Assembly (NCBI RefSeq): GCF_009914755.1
Contig: NC_060936.1
Length of the DNA: 64,000 nt
Source of the DNA: the human T2T-CHM13v2.0 reference genome, Homo sapiens
Strand: one strand, 5' to 3'
Part shown: piece by piece, positions 47,138-64,000 of the stretch
Numbering within the stretch: the stretch's first letter is position 1
Layout: each line of letters opens with the position of its first letter
The notes under the pieces: generated by a model
The model's database searches: none
The model's input: the letters and a program-made list of their open reading frames with translations, nothing else
What the model was told of the DNA's origin: nothing
Translations under genes and position numbers: made by a program

Positions 47138-47489
47138 TCTGCCTGGCTAGCTCCTTCTCATACAATCCACCCGCCATCTCCCTTAAGAGTTCTTCCTCTG
47201 GCCATTCCTTAACTAAAATAGCTGCCACCCTAAACGCTAGTTTCTACTCACACCTGTTTCTTTTCTTCAGCGCTAGAGGGTTATTTATTGCTTACCTCTT
47301 TAGGGTCTGTCTTTCCTACTGCCCCATCCAAATGACCACTATGGAGGACTGAGACACTGGTCACCACTAGATCCCTAACATCTAAGACACAGCCTAGTCA
47401 AGTTTTGTAAACAAAGGAAAATGCTCACCTTCACTCACATAGCTAAAAGACATAGAAATTAACACATGATTACATTTTTTACCAACCAC

Positions 47490-47706
47490 AAGAGTCAGCA
47501 AAGTATGGCCCGTGGGCCAAAGCCAGCCCACTACCTGGTTTTGTAACTGAAGTTTTATTGGGACACAATCACACTCACTTACATATCCTCTACAACTGCT
47601 TTTGCACAATGGCAGAGTTGAGGAGCTGCAACAGATATCTTATGGCCCAGAAAGCTGAGTATGTTTCTTACTTGGCCCTTTGTAGAAAATGTTCACCATC
47701 CCTGAT
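47490..47706. mobile_element. MER58A-like hAT relic
   Basis: caagagtcagcaaagtatggcccgtgggccaaagccagccc ... tggccctttgtagaaaatgttcaccatccctg. Confidence 0.7.
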
Positions 47707-48167
47707 CTACCAGATTGCCGGAGATGAAAAAATCTGATGATATTCAGTGTGGCTGAGGGTGCAGAAGGTATCCTCATATATTGTTTGCTGAAGGTACAAT
47801 CTCTCTGGAGAACTGATTAAATCAATCAAATTTAAAATGCACATACTCTTTTGACTCTATCATTTCACTTCCAAAAATTTATAGTAAAGTCATAATGGAG
47901 AAATTTACAAAGATATAAAAGGATGTTCCCTGAGGCACTATTTGAAGGAATAAAAAAAAGGTAACAATCATCAAGTGGGGATGGTTAAATAAATTATGGT
48001 ATATACATACTATGAAACTATGAAAGACTACTGCAGAATAAACTAGCTTAACAGACTATATCACATATATATTACAATAGACTAGTTATATATACTAGTT
48101 TAATCAGCACTGTAAAAGTGCTCAAGTAAGAGACTATATTCAGAAATTCATTCTCACATAATTTTTT

Positions 48168-48626
48168 TTAATTAAAAAGTAAACTTTAATGTCGAAAATG
48201 CAAACTTGGGGAGAGCAGAAAGATCACACACAAGGCTGTCACCTCACACTTGGAGGGTTGCACAGCGGCCGAGCAGAGGCGCTCCTCACTTCCCAGACAG
48301 GGCGGCGGCCGGGCAGAGGTGCTCCTCACTTGCCACACAGGGCGGCAGCTTGGCAGAGTCGCTCCTCACATTCCAGATGGGGCGGCGGGCGGGCAGAGGT
48401 GCTCCTAACATCCCAGACGGTGAGGGGGTGGGGCGGGCAGAGGCGCTGCTCACTTCGCAGACAGGGTGGCGGCCGGGCAGAGGCGCTGCTCACTTCCCAG
48501 ACCGGGCAGCGGCGGGTCAGAGGCGCTCCTCACATCCCAGTCAGTTGGACGGCCGGGCAGAGGAACTCCTCACTTCCCAGACAGGGCGGCGGCCGGCAGA
48601 GGCGTTCCTCACTTGCCCGACGGGCC
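48168..48626 (-). mobile_element. SVA2 element (VNTR plus unique 3' end, no SINE-R)
   Basis: About 9 SVA-type VNTR units followed on the minus strand by CTGTGCAACCCTCCAAGTGTG...TTTTCGACATTAAAG and an A tail; TSD TTCTCACATAATTTTTT at 48151..48167 and 48627..48643. Confidence 0.85.
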
Positions 48627-48752
48627 TTCTCACATAATTTTTTAGTAGCTTCATGATTTGTTGTTTTCCACCAATGAACCTTGACATTTTAGATGTATAT
48701 TATTCAAAAAGTATCTTTCAGGAAATGTACACATTACAAGCAGCTAATTTGC

Positions 48753-49039
48753 TTTGTTTTGTTTTGAGACAGAGTCTTGCTCTGTCGCCCAGGGTGGAGT
48801 GCAGTGGCGCGATCTCGGCTCACTGCAAGCTCCGCCTCCCAGCTTCAAGTGATTCTCCTGTCTCAGCCTCCTGAGTAGCTGGGATTACAGACACATGCCA
48901 CCACACCTGGCTGATTTTTTGTATTTAGATAGAGACAGGGTTTCACCGTGTTGCATAGGCTAGTCTCGAACTTACGCAATCTGCTCACCTTGGCCTCCCA
49001 AAGTTCTAGAATTACAGGTGTGAGCCACCACACCCAGCC
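48753..49039 (-). mobile_element. Alu (S-like)
   Basis: Reverse-complement dimer. Confidence 0.88.
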
Positions 49040-49698
49040 ACTTCATTTATTTTTATTTGGTGGAGCATTTTTAACCTTTTAAGTAGTAACGCACCGAAGA
49101 CAAATGAGAACCGCTTATTTAGTACTGGTGTAGTCAGCTTAAGTTACCAACCTAGTGATAAGGACTCCTAATAAAATGCTCCTGCATAATTTAAATATTT
49201 GTGGTGAACAAATACTGAGTATCTGCTATTGCAATCAGCTTTTGTAGTGATGTGAGGGACGTAGAAGTAAATCAAGAATAAAATTAATTCTTTCCTTAAA
49301 ACAGTCTATAGGCCAGGCACATTAGCTCATGCCTGTAATCACAGCTCTTTGGGAGGCCAACATTGGAGGAGTATTTAAAATAAAATAATTGCTTGACCCT
49401 TAAAACCACTTGATATAGTTGGAAGAGCAGCCAACTATGCCTCTTTTACGGATAAGGAATCTAAGAATCAGAAAGGCAAAGTAACCTGCTTCTCTACGTT
49501 GCTGTCAACCAAGACTGTGTTTAATTTTCAGACCCTTAAATCCAGGGCTCTTTCTACTACACTGTACTATTCCCCAACATCACTAAAAAAAAAAGGCCAT
49601 TCTTCTCACTATAATGTATGGCATGCCATTCCCACCTTTCCATGCCTCATCACAAATTCTGTCTCCCCCATCTCCACCCCATGAATTCCCTTCACAAA

Positions 49699-49870
49699 CA
49701 GTAGATCTCTCTTGTCTGCAGTTTTGCTTTTCAAGGTTTCAGTTACCCCACAGTCAACTACAGTCTGGAAATATTACCTACAATGAGATATTCTGAGAAA
49801 GAGAGACCAATTCATATAACTTTTATTATAGTATATTGTTATATTTGTTCTATCTTATTAATAGCTATTG
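49699..49870. mobile_element. MER44/Tigger7-like fragment
   Basis: cagtagatctctcttgtctgcagttttgcttttcaaggtttcagttacc terminal motif. Confidence 0.55.
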
Positions 49871-49989
49871 AATTAACACAACATGGAATGCATTTGCCAC
49901 AGATAAAGAGGGACAACTGTATGCAAACTCAGCCCTCCACTGGCATTTCACTTCCTTTTACTGCTCTCCTAGATTATTCCAGTTCACAC

Positions 49990-50334
49990 TGTAAAAGTGA
50001 TTATATGTCATACCCAACTAAATCACAGTCGAGGGGCCGGGGGAAAACTCATTTGGGGTGAATAGCCTGGTTTTACCTAGCAGCTGCTGAAACAATCTGC
50101 TGTGACTATCAAAATAGTTGTTTGCCAGTTCCCAAACGCTTCTCTAGTGCCAATGAAGGTTCTTGCAAAGTGATACATAACATTGTTCTTTCTAATAAAA
50201 TCCCCAACCTTCTCTTTGTTCCTCAGACATACTGCAGACCACCCCAATCTGCACGTATATCCCAAGCTGCAATTTTGTTATTCCCAAACAAAATGTTTAA
50301 TTTACAGCTTTGTCTCTTTATTTTGTTTTCAACA
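49990..50334 (+). mobile_element. ERV1-type solo LTR (MER90/MER4-group-like)
   Basis: TGTAAAAG ... tgtcatacccaactaaatca ... TTTCAACA termini. Confidence 0.5.
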
Positions 50335-50850
50335 AAACACTCTTGATTCCTTCCCCAAACTCCCTCCAAACTTGGCGCTTTAGAATTTAATTATGCTGCT
50401 ATCATAGTTTGGCTAGTGGCCAACCTAACTAATGCCTTAAGAACAGTGACTGTGACTTCCAAAACTTTTATTTATCTCACTGTCTTTACATACATTAGAA
50501 AGGGGCTGTCCAAAAAATATTTTTATTTATTAAATGTATGTTAATGGTTCAAATGTTTCCTTAATGGTGGTACCTTGAGTCACCAAGGCCTCTCTAATGA
50601 ATGCCTTCTATTCACACACCAGATACCACCTCTACTCATTTAACTTGCTGCAATGGCTGCCATATTCTATCCCTATCCTTCCCTGAGGTGACCCATTCTC
50701 TGTCTTCCTTATTCCTGGGACTAGCAGGGACTCTTTCTCCTTGGGGTATCTATGAGTTAAATAGTTCTCATGCACTCCTATTTCTTGCAGTACTAGTTCT
50801 TAATTACTCTAATATATCACATCGTCACTGTTCATTTTACAGATGGATGG

Positions 50851-51220
50851 TGTATTAGTCCATTCTCACACTACTATAAAGAACTCCCCGAGACTGGGTA
50901 ATTTATAAAGGAAGAGGTTTAATTGACTCACATTTCTACAGCGGGGGAAGGCCTCAGGAAACTTACAATCATGGTGGAAGGGGAAGCAAACATGTCCTTC
51001 TTCTCATGATGGCAGAAAGGGGAAATGCCAAGCAAAAGGGGGAAAGGGCCCTTATAAAACCATCAGATCTTGTGAGAACTTACTATCACAAGAACAGCAT
51101 GAAGGTAACTGCCCCTGTGATTAAATTACCTCCCACCTGGTCCCTCCCACAACACGTGGGGATGATGGGAATGACAACTCAAGGTGAGATTTGGATACGG
51201 ACACAGAGCCAAATCCTATC
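50851..51220 (-). mobile_element. THE1-type MaLR solo LTR
   Basis: tgtattagtccattctcacac ... ggcctcaggaaacttacaatcatggtggaagg ... acagagccaaatcctatca. Confidence 0.88.
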
Positions 51221-51699
51221 AGACAGAATCTGAGAATGTCTTATTGGTTTAAGAGACATATACTTTAGAAAGCTGAGCTTCAACACAAATCCTCAAACTC
51301 TTCCAAAAAACTGAAGAGGAGGGAACCCTTCAAACTCATTTTATGGAGCCTGCATTACCCTGATACCAAAGCCAAAGACACTACAAGAAAACTGCAGAGC
51401 AATGTCCCTGATGAGTACTGATGTGAAAATCCTCGACAAAATACTAGCAAACAGAATTCAACAGCACATTAAAAGGATTATAGATCACCACCAACCAGTA
51501 TTCCTGGACTGTGAGGATGGTTCAATACATGAAAATTAATCAATGTAATCAGCACATTTACAGAATGTTGGGGGAAAAAGAAACATGATCATCTCAACTG
51601 ATGCAGAAAAAGCTTTTGACAAAATTCCACAACCTTCATGATAAAAACACTCAATAAAGTAGGAATTGAAAGAAACTACCTCAACATATTAAAGGCCAT

Positions 51700-52110
51700 T
51701 TTTCCACGGTAGTAGTTCTATGCAAACCGACCCCCAAATTCCAAGAAAGCTGAGAGGCTGGCAAATCCATTTTCTTAGAAAAAAACATTTAATAGGGACA
51801 TAAGAACAGAAGCCATCTCTGTGTCTCTGTCTCAGGCAGAGAAAAGATAGTGGATCTACGGGCCATAAATCCCCTGACCTAGGGCTTATATACCAGAGGG
51901 AAAGGGTGATTCAGAAGGGATTGTAGGACAACTGAAGGAAGACAACATCAAGGTTGTTTTGACCTAAGGACAGGATTTATGGTAAGTACATGCTCTTATA
52001 CAAGGAACCACAGATAAATTGGAAATCTTAGAGGGTTTCCTGGAACTGGGGTTAGTCAGAAGTCAACAAGGCAGATTAGCAACCAAGATGGAATTACTTT
52101 GGCCTCCACA
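51700..52110 (-). mobile_element. ERV solo LTR (LTR47-like) inserted in L1
   Basis: Minus strand starts TGTGGAGGCCAAAGTAATTCCATCTTGG; 5-bp TSD GCCAT at 51695..51699 and 52111..52115. Confidence 0.7.
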
Positions 52111-52925
52111 GCCATATATGAAAAGCCCAGCACTAATGTCTTACTCAGTGGTGAAAAGCTGAAAACTTTTCATCTAAGATCAGGAATAAGACAAGGACGT
52201 TTGCTTTTGCCATTTCTATTCAACATAGTACAGGAAGTCCTCGCCAGAACAATTGGGCAAGAAAAAGAAATAAAAGGCATCCATATTGGAAAGAAAGGAG
52301 TAAAATTATCTCTGTTCACAAACATGACCTTACATGTAGAAAACCCTAAAGATTCCATAAACTGTTAGAATAAATGAATTCAGCAAAGATTCAAGATACA
52401 AAATTAAAATGCAAAATTAGTTACATTTTTATACACTAACAATGAGAAGGTTGGAAAGAAAGTTAAGAAAACAATTCCATTTACAACAGCATCAAAAGGA
52501 ATAAAATGCTTAGGAATAAACCTAACCAAGAAGACAAATTTGAAAACTACAAAACACTGATGAAAGAAATTAAAGACAAAAATAAATGGAAACACATCCA
52601 TCATTATACATTGGAAAACCGATGTTCATACTACCCAAAGTAACCTACTTTGGGTAGATTTAATGCAATCCCTATCAAAATCCCAATGGCATCTTTCACA
52701 GAAATAGAAAATCCATTCTAAAATGTATATGGAATGTCAGGGGACCCCAAATTGCCAAAACAATATCTAAAAAAAACAACAAAGTTGGAGATCTCACATT
52801 CCTGATTTCAAAACTTATTACAAAGCCACAGTAATCAAAACAGTGTGGTACTAACATAAAGACAGAGACATACAGACCAATGGAATACAACAGAGCTCCA
52901 ATAATAAATCCTGGTATATATGATC

Positions 52926-53090
52926 CTTTTTTTTTTTTTTTTCAGACACGGTCTCCCTCTGTTGCCTAGGCTGGAGTGCAGTGGCACAATCACAGCTTGC
53001 TGCAGCCTCGACCTCCCAGGCTCAAGTGATTCTCCCACCTTGGCCTCCAAAAGTGTTAGGATTACAGGCGTGAACCACTGCACCCAACCT
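52926..53090 (-). mobile_element. Monomer-length Alu (left-arm head joined to right-arm tail)
   Basis: T run plus about 150 nt of Alu sequence. Confidence 0.8.
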
Positions 53091-53682
53091 TGTGAATCTT
53101 CTTTAGTGGGGTATGTGTTCAAGTCTTTTGCTGTATTTTATTCAGGCTATTTGTCTTCTTATCGTTTAGAGTTCTTTTGTATATTTTGGATAACAGTCCT
53201 TTATTAGATATATCTTTTGCAAATATTTTCTCCCAGTATGTAGTCTATCTTATTTTCTTGACTTCTTCACTTTAAAATCAGGTTGTTTTTTGTTATTGAA
53301 TGGTAGGATTTCCTTATGTATTCTGGATATTAGCCTCTTACAGGATATATCATTTGCAAATATTTTCACCCATTTTATGGGCCTTTTCACTCTGTTGAAT
53401 GTGTTCTTTGATACACAGAAGTTTTAAATTTTGATGTCATCCATCTATTTTTACTTCTGTTGCCTGTTTTTGGTGTCACGCCCAAGAAATCCATTGCCAA
53501 ATCCAATGTCCTCCTATGTTTTTATCTAAGAGTTTTATAGTTTTAGGTCTTACATTTAGGACTTCGATCTTTTTTGAGGTAATTTTTGTATACAGTTTAA
53601 GGTAAGCATCTAATTTCATTCTTTTGAATGTGGATATTCAATTTTCCCAACACCATTTGTTGAAGAGACTGCCCTTTTCTCA

Positions 53683-54010
<328 letters not shown>

Positions 54011-55445
54011 GAAGAAGAAACACAAATGGCAAATAAGTATATGAAAAGATGCTCAACATTATAAGTCATTAGAGAATTACAAGTTAAAGCAACAAGGAGA
54101 TGCCACTACACACCTATTAAATGGTCAAAATCTAAAACACTGATATCATCAAATGCTGACGAGTATGTGGAACCAACAAGAACTCTCATTCATTGCTGGT
54201 GGAAGTGCAAAATAGTACAGCCACTTTGTAAGACAGCTTGGTGATGTCTTATGAAACTAAACATTCTCTTACTATACAACACGGCAATTGTGCTGCTTGG
54301 TATTTACCCAAATGAGTTGAAAACTTATGTCCACACAAAAACCTGCACATGGATGTTTACAAAGCAGCTTTATTGACAAAACTTGGAAGCAGGCAAGATT
54401 TCCTTCAGTAGGTGAATGAATAAACTGTAATGCATCCAAACAATGGAATAGTATTCAGCACTAAAGAAAAATGAGCTATCAAGCCATGCAAAGACATGTA
54501 GAAAACCTTAAACGCATATTATAAGTGAAAAAGGCCAATTTGAAAGGTTACATGATAATTCCAACTATACAGCATTTGGGAAAAGACAAAACTATGGAGA
54601 CAATAGAAGATCAGCAGGAAGGGAGGGATGAACAGGCAGAGCACAGAGGAAGGCAGTGAAACTATTCTGTATGATACTATCATGGTGGATACATGTCATT
54701 AAACATTTGTCAAACTCATAGAATATACAACACTAAGAGCGAACCTTAACGTAAACCTTGGTCTTGGGTGATAATGAGGTGTCCAGTCTAGGTTCACTGA
54801 TTGTAACAAACATACCACTCTGGTACAGAACGTTATTAGTGCAAGAGGCTTGGGGAAAAGCAGAAAGGGTATATAAGAACTCTGTTCTTTCTGCTAAATT
54901 TTGCTATGAACCTAAAATTGCTTTTAAAAAATTAATTGGGCAAAGGACTTGAATAACATTTCTCCAAGGAAAATGTATAAATGCCCCACACGCATACTTT
55001 TAAAATGTGCAACATCATTAAATCATTAGAGAAATGCAAATCAAAACCAAAAGGACATACCACCTCACACTCATTTGATGGCTATTTTCATTTTAAAAAG
55101 AAAGAAAAGAACGGAATGTGTTGGCAAGGATGTAGAAAAAGGTGAACCCTTGTGCACTGTTGCTGAGAATGTAAAATGATGTAGCCCCTATCAAAAACAG
55201 TATGGCCGTTCCTTAAATAATTAAAAATAGAACTACCACACAATCCAGCAATTCCACTTCTGGGTATATATTCAAAAGAATTAAAGCACGGTCTTGAAGA
55301 GGTATGTGCACACCTATATTCATGACAGCACTATTCAAAGTAGTCAAGAGGTAGAAGCAACACAAATGTCCATCAATGGATGAATAAACAAAATTTGGTA
55401 TATACATACAAAGTACTACTACTGTCTTAAAAAGGAAATTCTGCA

Positions 55446-55927
<482 letters not shown>

Positions 55928-55964
55928 TCAGTTTTGCAAGATTAAAAAGTTCTGGATATTGGAT

Positions 55965-56344
55965 GGTATATAAGTTTAGTCTAAAGCTATGCCTTTAGAT
56001 ATTTTAAGTTCAGCCTAGGGGTTCTCGGTATATAGTGAACTATAACCTAGTAAACAGGCTGTAACCTACGCTTGAACCAATCACTGAGTTTCAGCCAAAG
56101 ATGGCCACGTGTTCAAACCATGTTCAAACGGGCAAAAACCAAGCTGTAACCAATCAACTCTTTCTGTACCTCACTTCTATTTTCTGTACCTCACTTTACT
56201 TTCTCTCTCCATAAATTTTCTCCCACCAAGCGGCAGGACTCATCACTCTGAACCTTATTCTGGTTCCGGGACCTGCCCAATTCGCAAATCATTCTGTGCT
56301 CAAACTCCGTTAGATTTAATGTGTCTAAAGTTTTTCTTTTAACA
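55965..56344 (+). mobile_element. ERV1 solo LTR (MER57-like) in TMBIM4 intron 1
   Basis: aagtttagtctaaagct ... two AACCAATCA boxes ... aaagtttttcttttaaca. Confidence 0.7.
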
Positions 56345-56510
56345 GTGCACAACCATGTGAATAACTTAACACTACTGAACTATACACTTAAAAATAGTTA
56401 AGACGGTAAATTTTATGTTACCTGTATTTTACCACAATTAATTTTTTTTAAAAAAAAGCTGAGTTCACTGGCCAAAATAATTTCAAAATTCAATTCCAAA
56501 AATATAAATG

Positions 56511-56634
56511 CTAGGCACCAAGATTCTTGGTGCATCAGAACTATCTTCATCTTTCCTTTTCCAGAACAAGTTCTAGGCACTAAGATTCTTAGCACATCAG
56601 AACTATCTTCATCTTTCCTTTTCCAGAACAAGTT
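56511..56634. repeat. 62-bp tandem duplication (2 copies, 4 mismatches)
   Basis: 56511..56572 versus 56573..56634. Confidence 0.95.
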
Positions 56635-56929
56635 CCAGCTGCCTAAACAGGCTGAAAGTCTGGGGCTGTTTCGGCGATCAAATGACCAAACTAGAGCAGG
56701 CAATGGCTTCCACGTAGATGAAGCTGAGCATTTTAAATTCAAAAATTTCTGCCCATTGGCTACTACGTAATAACTTAAAACACAATTTAGACTGACTTAG
56801 GAAGCTTCTGTGTTGAGCAACTTCCTCAATAATCCTCAAAGACCTGTTGCATTCTGGGCCCTGCGGAGAGGAAATAGTGCCGTCAGGGAGCTTCCAGCCT
56901 AGCACAGGACGGTAAATATAAGCCTGTAA

Positions 56930-57680
56930 CGCGAAACCCCACAGAACAAAAACATCAGGCCGTGGATTCCACTCGTGTGTACGTCAGTCACAGTGATCAA
57001 CCGACTCATTTCCACGACGTTTCTTTTCACTTCAAGATGCCAAATTCAGGCTGCGGCGGTTTCCATCTGTCCCTTCCTACACCGCGGCGCCCGCTGGGGA
57101 GCCGGGGCGCACACAGGACAGCCGCAAGCCTTCTGGGCCTGGCGCCCTCCCACACCCGCTAGGAGGGGAGGAAGCGCCTCCCCGACTCCCTGAGGAGGGC
57201 GCCAGTCCTCTGGTACCCGGAGAAGGAGGGCCGGGAGCTCAGTGAGCACTCCCTGTGAGTCCCAGGAGATGGCCGCTCTCCCTCGGAAGCCGGAAGTCGG
57301 CTTCTAGAGGCCGAGCAGTGCAGACAAGCGGCTGGGAGGCACTGGAGAGGGGACAACGTACCCATTCGGATGTGCACGGTGGCGGAGGCCACGCTGCTGC
57401 CATAGTTGAAGTCGTCCTCGATCGAGGAGCGAGGGTACCGGGGGTCGGGGTCAGCCATGATGGCAACAGCACCCCTACCGGTCCCGGTCCACTAACCGCA
57501 ACCGCCTCCTCCCCACTTCCGCGAGGAAGAGCCCAGCCCCAGCAAGCCGTGCGGCGTCGGCGGGCGAACACCGAGCGAGTCGATTTTCTCGCTTCAAAAA
57601 TTCCAGCTGGGCGGAGAAAGCGGGGATGGCTCCGAGTTAGAATGGAAGAGAAAACGGTTTACATTCCCGGCGTCATCTGA
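56930..57680. promoter_or_regulatory. TMBIM4 CpG-island promoter / first exon region
   Basis: CpG-rich around the ATG; tandem ETS CGGAAG-CCGGAAGT 57284..57297; CACTTCCG about 57514..57521. Confidence 0.85.
57362..57458 (-). CDS. TMBIM4: TMBIM4 (Golgi anti-apoptotic protein / lifeguard 4) coding exon 1
   Basis: ATG in good Kozak context (GCCATCATGG); encodes [32 protein letters not shown]; donor G|GTACGT; 97 nt, phase 1; inside CpG island. Confidence 0.97.
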
Positions 57681-57685
57681 AGTGA

Positions 57686-58001
<316 letters not shown>

Positions 58002-58834
58002 TGAACACACTTTAAGTCCTTTCACCTTGGAGAGTTGCTAAAGTGATAGAACCCATGTCCCAGTCACCCATCCACTCAACAAATACCCATCTCATTCATC
58101 CACTTTTTCAATAATCACACCGAGGATGCATTTTTACTTCTATTATTTTAAAATAATAATAATACCTACATTTATTGAGCACTTTCTATAAACCAGGCTT
58201 TCTGAATGAAGTAATATTTAATCCTGAAAGGCAAGTAGGAGCCAACCAGAGAAAGAGCAGTGATGTAGGCTGGGCCTCAAGGGACCAACGTCTGCAAAGA
58301 GGGAGACGGTGAAGCTCAGCTGGTGTAGGGGACAGGTGGCAAAGAATGAGGCTGGATAGATAAACAAAGGCCAGATCATCCTAGGCCAGAAGTAGAATAC
58401 ATTGAAGAGGGCCATTACCAAAGGCAGAGAAAAGGGGATAAAGTTGTATTACTGTAAGAGAGAGATGATGGTGGCAAATACAATGGATTAGAGTGAATAT
58501 TCATGATATTGTTGTCATTCCAATATAAAGAGGTGTAGACATACCCAGAGTAGTGTCATCCTAGGGTCCCTTGGAATTGTTTTGATGAGTTTACTCTGAT
58601 CTACCCACATTGCCCAGTCCTCACCTTAACCACAACACCCGAACACTTAGCAAGTGGAATTCAGAACAGTTGTGGAACAGTCTATTCTAAACTAAATCCT
58701 TAAACTTGATGTTCTCAGAAGCCTTTGCCAAAAGAACTAACGTCACTTCCACAATGACAAGAAAAACAAAACAAAACAAAAAAACACTTTATCTTTTATG
58801 ATTTTACAAACATTTTACAAGCATATCATTTTAA

Positions 58835-59088
58835 TTTGTTTTTGTTGGTTTGTTTTGAGATAGAGTCTCAGTCTGTCACCCAGGCTGGAGTGCGGTGGCT
58901 CTATCTCGGCTCACAGCAGCCTTGACCTCCTGAGGTCAGGTGACCACCCCCGGGTAATTTTTTGTATTTTTTGTAGTGACGGAATTTCGCCATGTTGCCC
59001 ATGCTGGTCTCGAACTTGGGCTCAAGTGATCCCCCTACCTCGACCTCCCAAAGTGCTGAGATCACAGGCGTTAGCCACTGTGTCCGGC
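58835..59088 (-). mobile_element. Alu (J-like, internally deleted)
   Basis: Reverse-complement Alu. Confidence 0.8.
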
Positions 59089-59369
59089 CCCTCGTTTTAG
59101 TTTAGTTTGTTGAATGGATAGGTGAATGGGATATGGCCTCTATCTCTTTAGTCACTCTCCAGGTGAGAGGACTTAAAAAGCTTGCTGAGAAAAATCTGAG
59201 AAAAGTTTTACTTCAGATGACACTGGGAATGTAATCCGTTTTCTCTCCCATCCTAACCCGAAGCCATCCCCTCTTTCTCTGCCCCGCCGTAATAATGGAA
59301 TTTATTATAGAGGACAAACTGGAGCTAAATTGGGAACCCACCTTTGTATTGACTAAAAACAGCATCAGC

Positions 59370-60240
<871 letters not shown>

Positions 60241-60242
60241 TA

Positions 60243-63775
<3,533 letters not shown>

Positions 63776-64000
63776 TGAAGCAATTCCTTTGGAAAATTGG
63801 CAGTATCTACCAAAGTTGAACACACACTGCAAGTTCTATTACTTGGCAGTTCTACTCCTAAGTAGAGTATGTGTCCAATAGAAATGCATGCACAAGTTTA
63901 CAAAAGACATAACCAAGAATATACATAGCCACATTATTCTTAATAGCTAAAATCTAGAAACAACTCAAATTGTCCACTATTGGAAAAAATGAATAAATTA

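Noticed and set aside
48189-48656. 155-aa and 143-aa ORFs
   Set aside because: Antisense reading of the SVA2 VNTR; no gene structure
52099-52368. Reverse-transcriptase-like ORF
   Set aside because: Short fragment of a dead L1 ORF2; catalytic motif lost, and the element is interrupted by an LTR and Alus
57159-57361. Read-through of TMBIM4 exon 1 ORF into intron 1 (99 aa)
   Set aside because: A canonical donor at 57361 completes the 238-aa protein; the downstream GG|GTACCA donor adds 145 nt and is out of frame

Overview
Mammalian (primate, human-like) genomic DNA, recognisable as the TMBIM4-LLPH locus (12q14.3 in human). Two spliced genes lie in tandem on the minus strand. TMBIM4 (GAAP/LFG4) has 7 coding exons: join(57362..57458, 40847..40955, 39778..39883, 35415..35448, 33349..33466, 26232..26277, 25468..25674) = 717 nt, 238 aa. 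LLPH has a non-coding exon 1 plus CDS join(16402..16612, 11346..11524) = 390 nt, 129 aa. All introns are GT-AG and each gene has a CpG-rich ETS/GC-box promoter. The rest is repeat-dense: many Alus, old L1/L2/MIR, MaLR and ERV LTRs and DNA-transposon relics. Almost all other ORFs in the track are repeat-derived noise. I found no new gene system. The most notable signals are structural. Three generations of the SVA family occur here (SVA2, an SVA_A-like copy with a 3' transduction, and a young SVA_F-like copy with a short 5' extension lying downstream of a divergent CpG promoter). There are two apparent Alu-Alu mediated inversions with a displaced target-site duplication (TSD), several perfect fold-back palindromes, and splice-level oddities in TMBIM4. 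Repeat subfamily names come from my recall of consensus sequences, not from a search, and repeat boundaries are approximate unless a TSD is quoted.
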